A DNA stretch of 64,000 nt from positions 20,814-84,813 of the IMG/VR virus record IMGVR_UViG_3300000318_000002. One strand, written 5' to 3'. The stretch comes from a virus. The notes beneath the pieces are model-generated. The model saw only the letters and a program-made list of their open reading frames with translations. It did not search any database and was not told the origin of the DNA. Shown here in pieces: positions 44,155 through 53,343 of this stretch. Positions within the stretch are counted from its first letter, which is position 1, and every line of letters begins with the position of its first letter. The translations under genes were made by a program, and so were the position numbers.

Positions 44155-45659
44155 TGGACGAAGAACTTTTCCCACTCACCGACAGCTCGATGGGATCTGA
44201 ACAGATGGGACAGTTTCAGGAGCTTCTGAAAGCTCTTGCAGCTCCTGGATCTGTTGACGATCTCTACGGTACGCCTGGCGGTGCTATTACTCAACAGTCA
44301 CTCGAACTGATGCTTGCAAATCTTACCTTGAAACCGACGGATATGACTTTCTGGCAGGATATTGTTAAGATCAAAGCATTTTCAACCGTTGAAGAATACA
44401 ATCAGCTTATTGGTTCTGGTATTAGCGATGGCGGATTCGTGGATGCAATGGAAAATCCGGAATTTTCCGATCCTGATATCCTCAAACAGATAGCAATTGT
44501 AAAATTCATGTCTGAAGGTTGGAAGGTTGGTGATGTACAGGAGCAAACCCGTACAACTGTAGCTTCCCGTGCGCTTTCTCAGAAAGCGGCGATGACTCGT
44601 CTCCTCCGTAACGTAAACCGTGCTCTGTATTCTGGAAATTCACTCTGGATTCCGGAATCAATTGACGGTCTTTCCGCTACTATCTCCGGATCAAGCTCAA
44701 GTCAGGTATTTGACCTTCGTGGCGCGTCTCTGACTATGGCGGCGCTGAATCTTGCCGGTCAACTTATTACCGAAGGCAATGGGAATGTTGAAAATTCAAA
44801 TCTGTACCTTTCCCCTGCTGGAGTACAGAATCTTTCAACGATCATAGAATCTACCGGAGATGCAACAAATAACCGTAAATTTGTGCCAATGGGTGATGGG
44901 AACATTACTATCGGCGGTAAAATATCAGACATTATGACCAATTATGGGAAGATAAAAACTCGTATGGACAAAGTTCTTGGTCTTGAATATGAAGCAAACG
45001 GCGTTCCTAAGATTTTCAATAACAAGACTAAAACTTGGTACGAAGGTCCTACTTCTGAATTTGCTCCCTCTGCTCCTACTATTGCTCTTACGAATCAGGG
45101 AACTATTGCAAATTCTCAGTATTCCGCAACAGGGACTCGTCCTTCTGGTGTAAAAGCTCGCTATCGTGTTTCTGCTCGTAATCGTTATGGTCGTTCAATT
45201 GCTTGCGCTCTTGTTGAGTCTACTTCGGTTGTAGCTTCCGGAGGTGGTATTGATATCGCTATTACTCCTGTTTCTACAGATACTGGGAAACGTACGCCTT
45301 CTTGTTTCGTGATCTATGGCGAACAGGTATATAATTCTGGAGAATTCCGTTATCTCGATACGATTGCGGTTGATACTACCAATCCATATGCAGTTGTTAC
45401 CTATCATGAAAAGAATTCATACATCCCCGGTACTGCTCGCATGTTCATTGTTGACCAGACTTCTGCCGGAGAAGATCGTTCCCTTGCTTTTGCGCAACTT
45501 GCGCCAATTCATAATACCGATCTTTCCAAAGAAAACCGTTCAACTCGTGGTCTCATCAATCTTTATGGAACGATGAAATACTATAAACCTCAGGTTCTTG
45601 TTGAAATCCGTAACATCGCTGTTACTCAGGCAAACATTAATCTGTACAACAATAACTAA
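44154..45659 (+). CDS. major capsid protein
   Basis: 501 aa; LLKAL..G......GGAIT.QSLE..L..LT....TFW.DI.K..A.STVEEY..., resembling SPO1/herelle-type capsids. Confidence 0.93.
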   Translation: MDEELFPLTDSSMGSEQMGQFQELLKALAAPGSVDDLYGTPGGAITQQSLELMLANLTLKPTDMTFWQDIVKIKAFSTVEEYNQLIGSGISDGGFVDAMENPEFSDPDILKQIAIVKFMSEGWKVGDVQEQTRTTVASRALSQKAAMTRLLRNVNRALYSGNSLWIPESIDGLSATISGSSSSQVFDLRGASLTMAALNLAGQLITEGNGNVENSNLYLSPAGVQNLSTIIESTGDATNNRKFVPMGDGNITIGGKISDIMTNYGKIKTRMDKVLGLEYEANGVPKIFNNKTKTWYEGPTSEFAPSAPTIALTNQGTIANSQYSATGTRPSGVKARYRVSARNRYGRSIACALVESTSVVASGGGIDIAITPVSTDTGKRTPSCFVIYGEQVYNSGEFRYLDTIAVDTTNPYAVVTYHEKNSYIPGTARMFIVDQTSAGEDRSLAFAQLAPIHNTDLSKENRSTRGLINLYGTMKYYKPQVLVEIRNIAVTQANINLYNNN

Positions 45660-45670
45660 GGTAGATAATT

Positions 45671-45967
45671 ATGGGCGTCTGGCACAATAGCAAACTTATT
45701 CCGAGTTACCATGCAAGTCACAGAGCTTCGTGTCAGTATGTACTGACGGGTACGGACCCGTCAGTAAGCTCTACAAAGGGTATTTTCTTTTTGGAAATGT
45801 TGCAAACTTCCGCAGGAGTAACATTGACAAGTGGTGATAGTAAAAACGTCATAACCGGCGCATTATCATTTAGCCAGGATCAGTCTCCTCTTCGTTTTGA
45901 TGGCGGACTTTCGATTACCGGAACAGTAATTTTTGCAAAAGGTTTTCTAATTGAAGGTGCTCTTTGA
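45671..45967 (+). CDS. putative virion protein
   Basis: 98-aa beta-rich ORF directly after the capsid gene. Confidence 0.55.
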   Translation: MGVWHNSKLIPSYHASHRASCQYVLTGTDPSVSSTKGIFFLEMLQTSAGVTLTSGDSKNVITGALSFSQDQSPLRFDGGLSITGTVIFAKGFLIEGAL

Positions 45968-46212
45968 TATTTACCATAGAAGAAAAGAATTTATTTCGAT
46001 ATATTCTTCCAGTTCAAGGGAATATTTTAACTCTTGAACTGGTTGAAAATATTATTCGGAAACTTGATTCAAATATTATAGATGAAAATATTATTTTTTC
46101 TGACGATGAATGGAAATTGATTAAAATTGCCATTGAAATTAAAGATCATAATGGTGTTATTCCCTATGAATGTTTGAATATAGTTCGTAAACTTTTAAAA
46201 GGAGAATTTTAA
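45964..46212 (+). CDS. hypothetical protein
   Basis: 82-aa ORF, TTG start overlapping the previous stop. Confidence 0.5.
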   Translation: MIFTIEEKNLFRYILPVQGNILTLELVENIIRKLDSNIIDENIIFSDDEWKLIKIAIEIKDHNGVIPYECLNIVRKLLKGEF

Positions 46213-46213
46213 A

Positions 46214-46648
46214 ATGTCGCAAAAACCCGATGTTTTTGATCAAAAGGTTTCAGGATCTCCGAATTCTGAAGCCGCTCAGTATATTCAGTCTGTTTTTAAC
46301 TCTGTTGCTAAGGTAGGCGCAATTGCTAAACGTGTGAAAACAGCAATTACCGCCGATGCTTCGGCAGGATTGGATATAACTTCTTTGATCCCTTTGGGAT
46401 CTCAGATTATAGGTGTTACTGTTATTGCAACGGTGGCGAATACTCTTGGTACGGTTACTTTGAAAACTAATGCAACGTCTCCAGTAGCTATTACCGATGC
46501 GATCATTGCCGCAGTTGACAAAGTAGTTACTCGTGTCGGAACGATTGATGATGCGTATAATACCGTGACGGCAGATGGGCTTTTGCTTGTTGCTGGTGGA
46601 ACTGATGCAACCGCGACTCGTGCGATTGTTGTCATCGATTATGTGTAA
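46214..46648 (+). CDS. putative head decoration protein
   Basis: Ala/Thr/Val-rich beta-sandwich (IP.GSQIIGV.V...V.IDY); AAGGAG RBS. Confidence 0.6.
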   Translation: MSQKPDVFDQKVSGSPNSEAAQYIQSVFNSVAKVGAIAKRVKTAITADASAGLDITSLIPLGSQIIGVTVIATVANTLGTVTLKTNATSPVAITDAIIAAVDKVVTRVGTIDDAYNTVTADGLLLVAGGTDATATRAIVVIDYV

Positions 46649-46670
46649 AAAGAAGTTGACAATCTGATTT

Positions 46671-46702
46671 ATGAAGCCGGAAGATAATTCCGGCTTCATT
46701 TT
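46671..46702 (+). terminator. intrinsic terminator after the head genes
   Basis: ATGAAGCCGGAA-gataa-TTCCGGCTTCAT-TTT. Confidence 0.75.
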
Positions 46703-46717
46703 AAGAGGAAGACAAAC

Positions 46718-47647
46718 ATGTCAGAAGAACGTTCCGGATTTGCATTTAATAATCCAGATTTAAAAAATGATTACCATGCTCCTAAATGGGGCTTGCTTGT
46801 TACTGCCGATGAATTACGATATGATCAAGCTTTCGGAAATAAGCTTATTGCCGCTGCGGATAGCCAAGATATTACCGATGACCAATTATTAGATTATGTT
46901 CGTCTTGCACTTGGATATGTTGAAAGAGAGTTGAAACTGGATATTTTGCCTCGCCGAATACGATATATGAACCGAATAGGTTCTGATGGCAAAGAAATTT
47001 TAAGAGATGATATTGATGAAGATAAAAAAATATTATCTCAATATAAAACACGAAAACAAAAAAATGCACTTTATATAAGAGAACAGGGCTATCCTTACCG
47101 ACTTAAACAAGTTCGAAAGGAAATGAGGATAAAACTTCGTCGCCGTCCTGTCCGGGATATTTTAACCGCCGAATTGGTCGATCCTTATAGAGGGCTTCTA
47201 ATTGCTGATTTATTGCCTTATAGAGTTTTAAAACCTGGTCTTACGGGCGTTTGTTATTTCCGACAAAATACATATCTTGGTAGAGGTTATGCTTTTTCAA
47301 ATGCTGTTCAATCTTTTTCAGCTTTTCAAGCGGATAATATTCAATCTCTGTTTCTTATAGATTATGATTCTGGTTATGAAAGTTGCGAAGATGTTCCTGA
47401 TGATTTACGATGGTTAATTGGCAAAATAGCGGCGGTTACGCTTCTTTCAATTTATGGTCTTGGCAAAAGTGCGGGTATGGCTAGCCGGTCCGTAAGTCTC
47501 AATGCGGTATCAGAATCTATTAGCACTACTCAGTCCGCCACAAGCAGTTATTTTGGTGCAAATATACTGCAATATCAAAAAGAAATACGCGAATGGTTTA
47601 AAGACAATAGTAAACATTATGCACGTACCTCTATTGGGTGCTTATGA
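46718..47647 (+). CDS. head-tail adaptor (neck) protein
   Basis: VEREL.LDI.P, IDY.SG....VP.DL...IGKIAA...G.ASRSVSL..VSESISTTQSA..SYFGA.I.QY. Confidence 0.8.
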   Translation: MSEERSGFAFNNPDLKNDYHAPKWGLLVTADELRYDQAFGNKLIAAADSQDITDDQLLDYVRLALGYVERELKLDILPRRIRYMNRIGSDGKEILRDDIDEDKKILSQYKTRKQKNALYIREQGYPYRLKQVRKEMRIKLRRRPVRDILTAELVDPYRGLLIADLLPYRVLKPGLTGVCYFRQNTYLGRGYAFSNAVQSFSAFQADNIQSLFLIDYDSGYESCEDVPDDLRWLIGKIAAVTLLSIYGLGKSAGMASRSVSLNAVSESISTTQSATSSYFGANILQYQKEIREWFKDNSKHYARTSIGCL

Positions 47648-48027
47648 TAACTCAAGAATTTAAAAATGACACATCTACAATAAAAATAGAAAATGCAACT
47701 TCACTTGAAGATGCTAAAAAAAACAAGTTCGCAGAAGGTATTTTTTCCCGTATTTCAATTGATGGTAAACCTGTTGAATATATGGATATGATACAACATA
47801 TAATTTCAAATGCAACAAAAACAGGAACAAAATTTATCCCTCCGTCTGATGAATCTTTACGCCAAATGCAAAAAGACCTTATTCAGAAACAAAAAGAAGA
47901 TTTCAGAGCGATAATGGTACAAATGAAACAGAAATATGGTGAAGCCGGCGTTCCCGTTTCTGAATTAGATAAATTCGACGATATCGCTGATAAAGTTGAT
48001 CTTGCGTTTGTGCGAGTTGAGAAATAA
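47644..48027 (+). CDS. hypothetical protein in the neck region
   Basis: ATGA overlap with the adaptor gene. Confidence 0.6.
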   Translation: MITQEFKNDTSTIKIENATSLEDAKKNKFAEGIFSRISIDGKPVEYMDMIQHIISNATKTGTKFIPPSDESLRQMQKDLIQKQKEDFRAIMVQMKQKYGEAGVPVSELDKFDDIADKVDLAFVRVEK

Positions 48028-49226
48028 TGGGACAAAATAGAAATACCGGGGCTGATAATGTAAATGTCGTATACGGTAATCCTGAAAGTTTCAGACAGCT
48101 TATTAAAAATCATGGTCAATTATGTAAAATAAGACAAATGCTTCCCTGCCCATGTTCAGGGACAAATCACAATGCACCGTCAGATGATTGTGAATTGTGT
48201 CATGGCGATGGTATGATTTATACACACCAACGACGATTTTTAATAGCTGATGAAGATTCTTTATGTAATAAAAAAGTAACTGAAATATATCCATATTTTT
48301 ATCCTGTATTGGAAGTAACAAAAGTAGAAAGAATGACTTCTGAGAAACAGGGCGGAATTACAGAAATGACCGTCAAGAGTTTTAACGAAAAAACTATTTA
48401 TGTTGAAAACGATAAAAATGATGTTAAAGAATATCAACAAAAAAGAGTTACCTATTTTTTTGATGGCTGGACAAAAGTAGAAGGCGAAGTTTTAAAAACC
48501 GATATTTCTAACGGTCTTATGTGGGCAACGGGAACTTTTTATAATGCAAAATATCAAAGTAGTAATCCATTACGTGCCGAATCAGATATTGCAGAAATAA
48601 TTCAAATAAAAAATACCAAAACAGGACAAGTTTTATCTCGAAGTGATTATAAGATGCTTGGTAATCTTATAAAAACAACCGCGCAGATAGACGCTGGTTA
48701 CATGGTTATGGATTATTATTATTCTGATCTTACTCAAATTATAACCGCTGATTTAAAGACAAAAGATCCGCTTGAAAAATGGACAAATGATCTTTCAAGC
48801 GGTGATATCCGATGCGCTGTTTATCCGTGGTGGAATATAGGGAAAGGGGACCTTATCGTAATTGCTGCCGATGCTCAATATAAAAATCAACTTTTTACAC
48901 ATACGTCTGATTATGATAAAATGAAAGAAATAGAAGTATTTGAATTAAATGATGTTATGATCGATGATTTAGGTAATAAATATTACCGTGAAGAAGATTA
49001 TACTCTTGTTGGATTTCGATTTATTCATTGGATTAGTAAAAATAAACCTAAAAACGGCGCGATAATGTCAATCAAATACGGGTTTAAGCCGACATTCATC
49101 TGCTTTGAAGATAATCCAGAACCAAATAATCTGGAAAATAGACGATATCCTAAAATTATTTATGTGAAAGAATTTACAAAAACGAGTAAAGATGAAATAA
49201 ATCGCCTTATGTCAATAGGTAACTAA
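48027..49226 (+). CDS. head completion / neck protein
   Basis: LIKNHG..C....PCPC......C.LCHGDG.IY zinc motif typical of myophage neck proteins. Confidence 0.7.
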   Translation: MGQNRNTGADNVNVVYGNPESFRQLIKNHGQLCKIRQMLPCPCSGTNHNAPSDDCELCHGDGMIYTHQRRFLIADEDSLCNKKVTEIYPYFYPVLEVTKVERMTSEKQGGITEMTVKSFNEKTIYVENDKNDVKEYQQKRVTYFFDGWTKVEGEVLKTDISNGLMWATGTFYNAKYQSSNPLRAESDIAEIIQIKNTKTGQVLSRSDYKMLGNLIKTTAQIDAGYMVMDYYYSDLTQIITADLKTKDPLEKWTNDLSSGDIRCAVYPWWNIGKGDLIVIAADAQYKNQLFTHTSDYDKMKEIEVFELNDVMIDDLGNKYYREEDYTLVGFRFIHWISKNKPKNGAIMSIKYGFKPTFICFEDNPEPNNLENRRYPKIIYVKEFTKTSKDEINRLMSIGN

Positions 49227-49972
49227 TGGAAAAAATAATAGAATATTCAGAATACGATTTTAATTCTCTTAATTATTTTTGCGATAATATTGAACTTGCT
49301 TTAAACTCAAGAGACTTAGCTGGATTATTTAACGATAAAATAGAAAAAGTAGCTGTCTCAAAAGAACACCCGTTGATAACATATATTGCAAGCACGCTAT
49401 TGAACAAAAAAACAAATGATACTCAAGACGGCGGTCTTTTACCTGCAATAGGGGTAACCCCCGGAACAAATCATCCTTCCGCTGAAACTTTAGGGAAAAC
49501 CCCTGGTATGCAATTGGTCGATGATGCATATATCGAAAACTTTAAAACTATTCGAAAAATACCGTTTAAAACTCGTAAAAACGAAGGGTTATTAACCGAT
49601 GATCAAATTGATAATGTTCTTTTAGCATATCGCAAAAAAGGAACTTCGAAGATGTTTTTTCAAAAAAATACATGGGGATGGGACGAAGAAGTAAATGTTT
49701 CATGTTGGTCTGATAATATAGATAGAGATAGAATCCTTGCGGCGATTGTAGATAGTACCCTCGCCCGCCTTTCTGTCGAAGAAAATTCGCCCATTCGTGG
49801 AATGAAATATAATATGGCAAATGGTTTAACTAATTTTAGTTACGGAAGAATCCTTTTTGGTACAGAATTTAACTTGACTTTTTTGAACAGATATTCCATA
49901 TCTTCTATCTATACAGAAGAACACATTACAGGCGTTACGTTTGTAAATACGTTCAGGATACCGAGTTTATAA
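49226..49972 (+). CDS. putative tail completion/terminator protein
   Basis: LPAIGV motif and position just upstream of the sheath gene. Confidence 0.55.
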   Translation: MEKIIEYSEYDFNSLNYFCDNIELALNSRDLAGLFNDKIEKVAVSKEHPLITYIASTLLNKKTNDTQDGGLLPAIGVTPGTNHPSAETLGKTPGMQLVDDAYIENFKTIRKIPFKTRKNEGLLTDDQIDNVLLAYRKKGTSKMFFQKNTWGWDEEVNVSCWSDNIDRDRILAAIVDSTLARLSVEENSPIRGMKYNMANGLTNFSYGRILFGTEFNLTFLNRYSISSIYTEEHITGVTFVNTFRIPSL

Positions 49973-49986
49973 CGGAGAATGAACGT

Positions 49987-50235
49987 ATGATACTTGATAA
50001 ATACCTCGCCAACCATTCACCAAATCGTCATCTTGATAAGGTTATTATTAAATGGTTTCTTACCAGAAACGGGAATGCTTATTTTGATAAATCAAAAGAA
50101 GATTGGGATAGTATTATCTCTGATTTTTTTGGCGAAACTGAAAAAAAAATAGAAGATCCCGTTGCTCTAGTAGCTGAACCAAAAGAAGACATTATAATCA
50201 CGAAAATAAATTCAAAGAAAGGAGATGTTAAATAA
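49987..50235 (+). CDS. hypothetical protein
   Basis: 82-aa ORF preceding the sheath gene; GGAG RBS. Confidence 0.6.
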   Translation: MILDKYLANHSPNRHLDKVIIKWFLTRNGNAYFDKSKEDWDSIISDFFGETEKKIEDPVALVAEPKEDIIITKINSKKGDVK

Positions 50236-52019
50236 TGGCACAATGGTATGATTTCGCAGGGCAAAGAATTATTCTTCCTGGCGCATATACAAAAAGATTT
50301 TTCCCAAAAGATCAAGGATCAGGCTCAACCGCTGGTAAAGTTCTGATTCTCGGTGAAGCTTCAAAAGGCGGCGTTCCTTACGATGCTTATACAGATGTTG
50401 AAAGTGTTATAAATGTTATTACTGGTCAAGCTCAAGCTCTTAATGTTTTTGGAGGAGGAGATCTTTATTACGGAGCGGAATTCTTTTTGACTCCGACAAA
50501 AGATTCTCGGTTCAACACTCCGTCTCAGGCAAATTGCATTGTTGTTAATAAAATGACTCAGGCTGGGACTACAATTGTTAATAGTTCTACTACTGTACTT
50601 GATTTGCTCTATGGTAAATTCGGAACAGATGGTAATCAGGCGGCTATTAAAATAAGTGCTGGAACGACTACAGGGAAACTCCTTCAGCTACTTTATAAGG
50701 GAACCGAAGTTCTTAATACAGATAATGTTACTCTCCCTCTATTCTCGATTCAATATACCGGAGCAGGTTCTGCTTGTACATTAACCATTACGGCAACAAC
50801 TCTTTCCACAACGGTAACGGCTGGCGGTTCAACTGATACACTCTCTATTACTCTTGCCGATTATGATGATCTTGGCAGTTTGATAAATTATATTAACAGC
50901 AATTCCGCATATACTTGTACTCTTACGGGGAAATCTGATGAATTTGCAAATGTTTTTGATGCAGTAACAGCGGTTGACATTAAAACTGCTTCTTATGATG
51001 CTGTTGGAATTGTGGAGTCCCTTCTCCGTGCGATTAACGCAAGTGAATCTTTTACGGCAACTCTTCACACTGGAAGCGCAAGACTGATCCCTGACAATCT
51101 TTCTGCTTATAAATTTCTTACTGGCGGGACAGTTACAGCCGCAACAACTGATGACTGGACAAAAACTCTTACTAAACTTGAGAAGTATGATTTCGATTGC
51201 ATTGTCCCGATGTCCGGAAGTACAACTATCCAAAATCTTGTAACTGCTCATGTCGAAAAAATGAATGGCGTAAAAGTAAAAAAATATCGTCAAGCAATAA
51301 CAGGATCTGGAAGCGCAACTTCCACAAAAGCTCTTCGTATCTCTCAGATAAAGAGTCTTAATTCTGCATATACGGAATATGCAGTGTCGCCATTCAAAAG
51401 ATATGATTATGTTAACAAGCAAGTACCTACTACTAATTTTGATTCTTATTATCTTGCGCCTCTTGTTGCAGGATTGCGATATTCAAATAATATCGGGATG
51501 GATGTTGTTTTTAAATATTTGAATGTATTATCAACTCCCGAAATTACAAAAGAAGATCAGGAAGCATACGCCGAAGCAGGAGCAGTTTTTATTCAAAAAA
51601 CCACAAATGTTCTTGATTCTACACAAAATTTTGAAATTCTTTGCGATAATTCAACATATCAGGGATCTCAGGTTACTCGAACAAATCCGGCTTGCGTTTA
51701 TGAAATAAATAAACTCACAAAAGATTTTGAAGAAAGAGTGACTGAAAAAATACGCGCTCTTGATGAAGTTGCAAATAGCGTAATTATGAGTTCTATTGAA
51801 AACTGGGTTACGACATACCTTTTCCCATACTATCGCGATAGCAAAAAATGGATTACAAATTATACTGATGCTTCAGGGAATGTACAAAAAGCATTTGATA
51901 ATGTAAGTTTTGAACAAGACGGCGAACAATTAAAAATAACGGCAACACTTACAATGAGCGTAACACCTCGCTTTGTATTTAATTTCCTGACGTTTATTGT
52001 TCCTGGTCAGAATGTATAA
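50235..52019 (+). CDS. tail sheath protein
   Basis: 594 aa; PGAYT, LILGEA.KGG.P, FGGGDL, LTGG..T..DW...L..LE. Confidence 0.9.
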   Translation: MAQWYDFAGQRIILPGAYTKRFFPKDQGSGSTAGKVLILGEASKGGVPYDAYTDVESVINVITGQAQALNVFGGGDLYYGAEFFLTPTKDSRFNTPSQANCIVVNKMTQAGTTIVNSSTTVLDLLYGKFGTDGNQAAIKISAGTTTGKLLQLLYKGTEVLNTDNVTLPLFSIQYTGAGSACTLTITATTLSTTVTAGGSTDTLSITLADYDDLGSLINYINSNSAYTCTLTGKSDEFANVFDAVTAVDIKTASYDAVGIVESLLRAINASESFTATLHTGSARLIPDNLSAYKFLTGGTVTAATTDDWTKTLTKLEKYDFDCIVPMSGSTTIQNLVTAHVEKMNGVKVKKYRQAITGSGSATSTKALRISQIKSLNSAYTEYAVSPFKRYDYVNKQVPTTNFDSYYLAPLVAGLRYSNNIGMDVVFKYLNVLSTPEITKEDQEAYAEAGAVFIQKTTNVLDSTQNFEILCDNSTYQGSQVTRTNPACVYEINKLTKDFEERVTEKIRALDEVANSVIMSSIENWVTTYLFPYYRDSKKWITNYTDASGNVQKAFDNVSFEQDGEQLKITATLTMSVTPRFVFNFLTFIVPGQNV

Positions 52020-52032
52020 GGAGGATTTTTAA

Positions 52033-52491
52033 ATGGCTTTTAACGCAGGTAACGAACCAAGAACCCCATTAGGAAGTGGTATTGATTGCCTTCTGATGCA
52101 GGACAATAGAGTGCTGGCATACAGCACAGATATGAGAGTATCAGAAGATTATCAGCTCGAACGAGTAACCACCTTGGGATATTTTGGAGCAAGAGATATT
52201 CTTTCTCTTGGGTATAACTGTAATTTCTCTTTGGGGACATTCCTTTTGAGAGGTGCGGATATCTCCGGAGCTGTTGCGATGCCTGGTTGGCAGGCAGATG
52301 GTTCAAATAATATTAACTCATCGGGGCTTTACGCGTTTACTGTTATAGATATTCATACACTGACTGTTCTTGCGACTATTATGGGCGCAAAATATGGCGG
52401 CGGAGATATTGATATCTCAGTAGGTCAACTTTTGAAAAAAAGTACGAATTGGCAGGCAAGACAATTGCTCCCAGGTTTAGCCGTATCTTAA
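52033..52491 (+). CDS. tail tube protein
   Basis: 152-aa beta-rich ORF directly after the sheath; GGAGGA RBS. Confidence 0.8.
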   Translation: MAFNAGNEPRTPLGSGIDCLLMQDNRVLAYSTDMRVSEDYQLERVTTLGYFGARDILSLGYNCNFSLGTFLLRGADISGAVAMPGWQADGSNNINSSGLYAFTVIDIHTLTVLATIMGAKYGGGDIDISVGQLLKKSTNWQARQLLPGLAVS

Positions 52492-52538
52492 AATTAAGAA
52501 TATAAGTTTATACACCATATTAAAAAGGGAAACAAACG

Positions 52539-52886
52539 ATGAATTTACTCGATCTCGAAGAAGAAAAATTTAAGACTGTTACTATCAAAGGATACACCTT
52601 CAAAATAAGGTGTATCCTTATGAAAGATAAAATGGTAATAACTCAGCGCAGAGTTAGAATGCAGAATGGCGCACCTGTTGAAATGTTTTTGACAGATGAA
52701 TTTATTCAAATGGACAATATCGCAACGGTTGATGTTTGTACAGAAGAACGTCCAAAGGAATTTGACAAGAACGAAAGTTGTATCAATTGGGCAGATATGG
52801 AACTTGTCAATTTGCTTGCGATGGAAATAAAAAATCATTCTGAAGACATTCAAGAAAAGTTAAAAAAAAATAGATCTATTGCTTGA
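52539..52886 (+). CDS. tail assembly chaperone
   Basis: Between tube and tape measure; ends in an A9 slippery run. Confidence 0.7.
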   Translation: MNLLDLEEEKFKTVTIKGYTFKIRCILMKDKMVITQRRVRMQNGAPVEMFLTDEFIQMDNIATVDVCTEERPKEFDKNESCINWADMELVNLLAMEIKNHSEDIQEKLKKNRSIA

Positions 52887-53343
52887 AGCGAGAAAAGATC
52901 AGTATTTTACTGATGGATTTTTGATTAAATATTTTAATATTTTCCCTGTTAATTTTGACAGGGAAAATTTATTCCCGGAGCAAAAAGCTTTTTTAGTTTA
53001 TTTACTTGGAATTATACCGTCTCTTGAGACTTGGAGTTTAAATGTTGAATATTTGCTTAAAAAACGAGAAATTGAGAATTTAACTACAAGAGATATTGTT
53101 CTTGGAGAATCTGAAATTGATTTAATAAAAATGCGTAACGGAGATATTGAAAAAATAAAACGTGAAAGAGTACCACAAGAAAAGAAAAAAAGACTTGAAG
53201 AATTAAATAAAGAATATGGAATAGAAATAGAAAAGGAAGAAGTAAATTATAGTATTCCTGCGATGCAAAACGTAAAAGATCCAAGAGCAAGAATATATGA
53301 TTTACTGATGGGAAAAGGACTTGTGAAAAAAGATGGCAAGTAA
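52879..53343 (+). CDS. tail chaperone downstream ORF (probably translated as a frameshift fusion)
   Basis: TTG start without a clear RBS; frame open back into the A9 run. Confidence 0.6.
   Translation: MLEARKDQYFTDGFLIKYFNIFPVNFDRENLFPEQKAFLVYLLGIIPSLETWSLNVEYLLKKREIENLTTRDIVLGESEIDLIKMRNGDIEKIKRERVPQEKKKRLEELNKEYGIEIEKEEVNYSIPAMQNVKDPRARIYDLLMGKGLVKKDGK

Noticed and set aside
50829-51422. 197-aa antisense ORF in the sheath gene, and similar antisense ORFs in other structural genes
   Set aside because: Codon-bias shadows of long plus-strand genes with no motifs or RBS.
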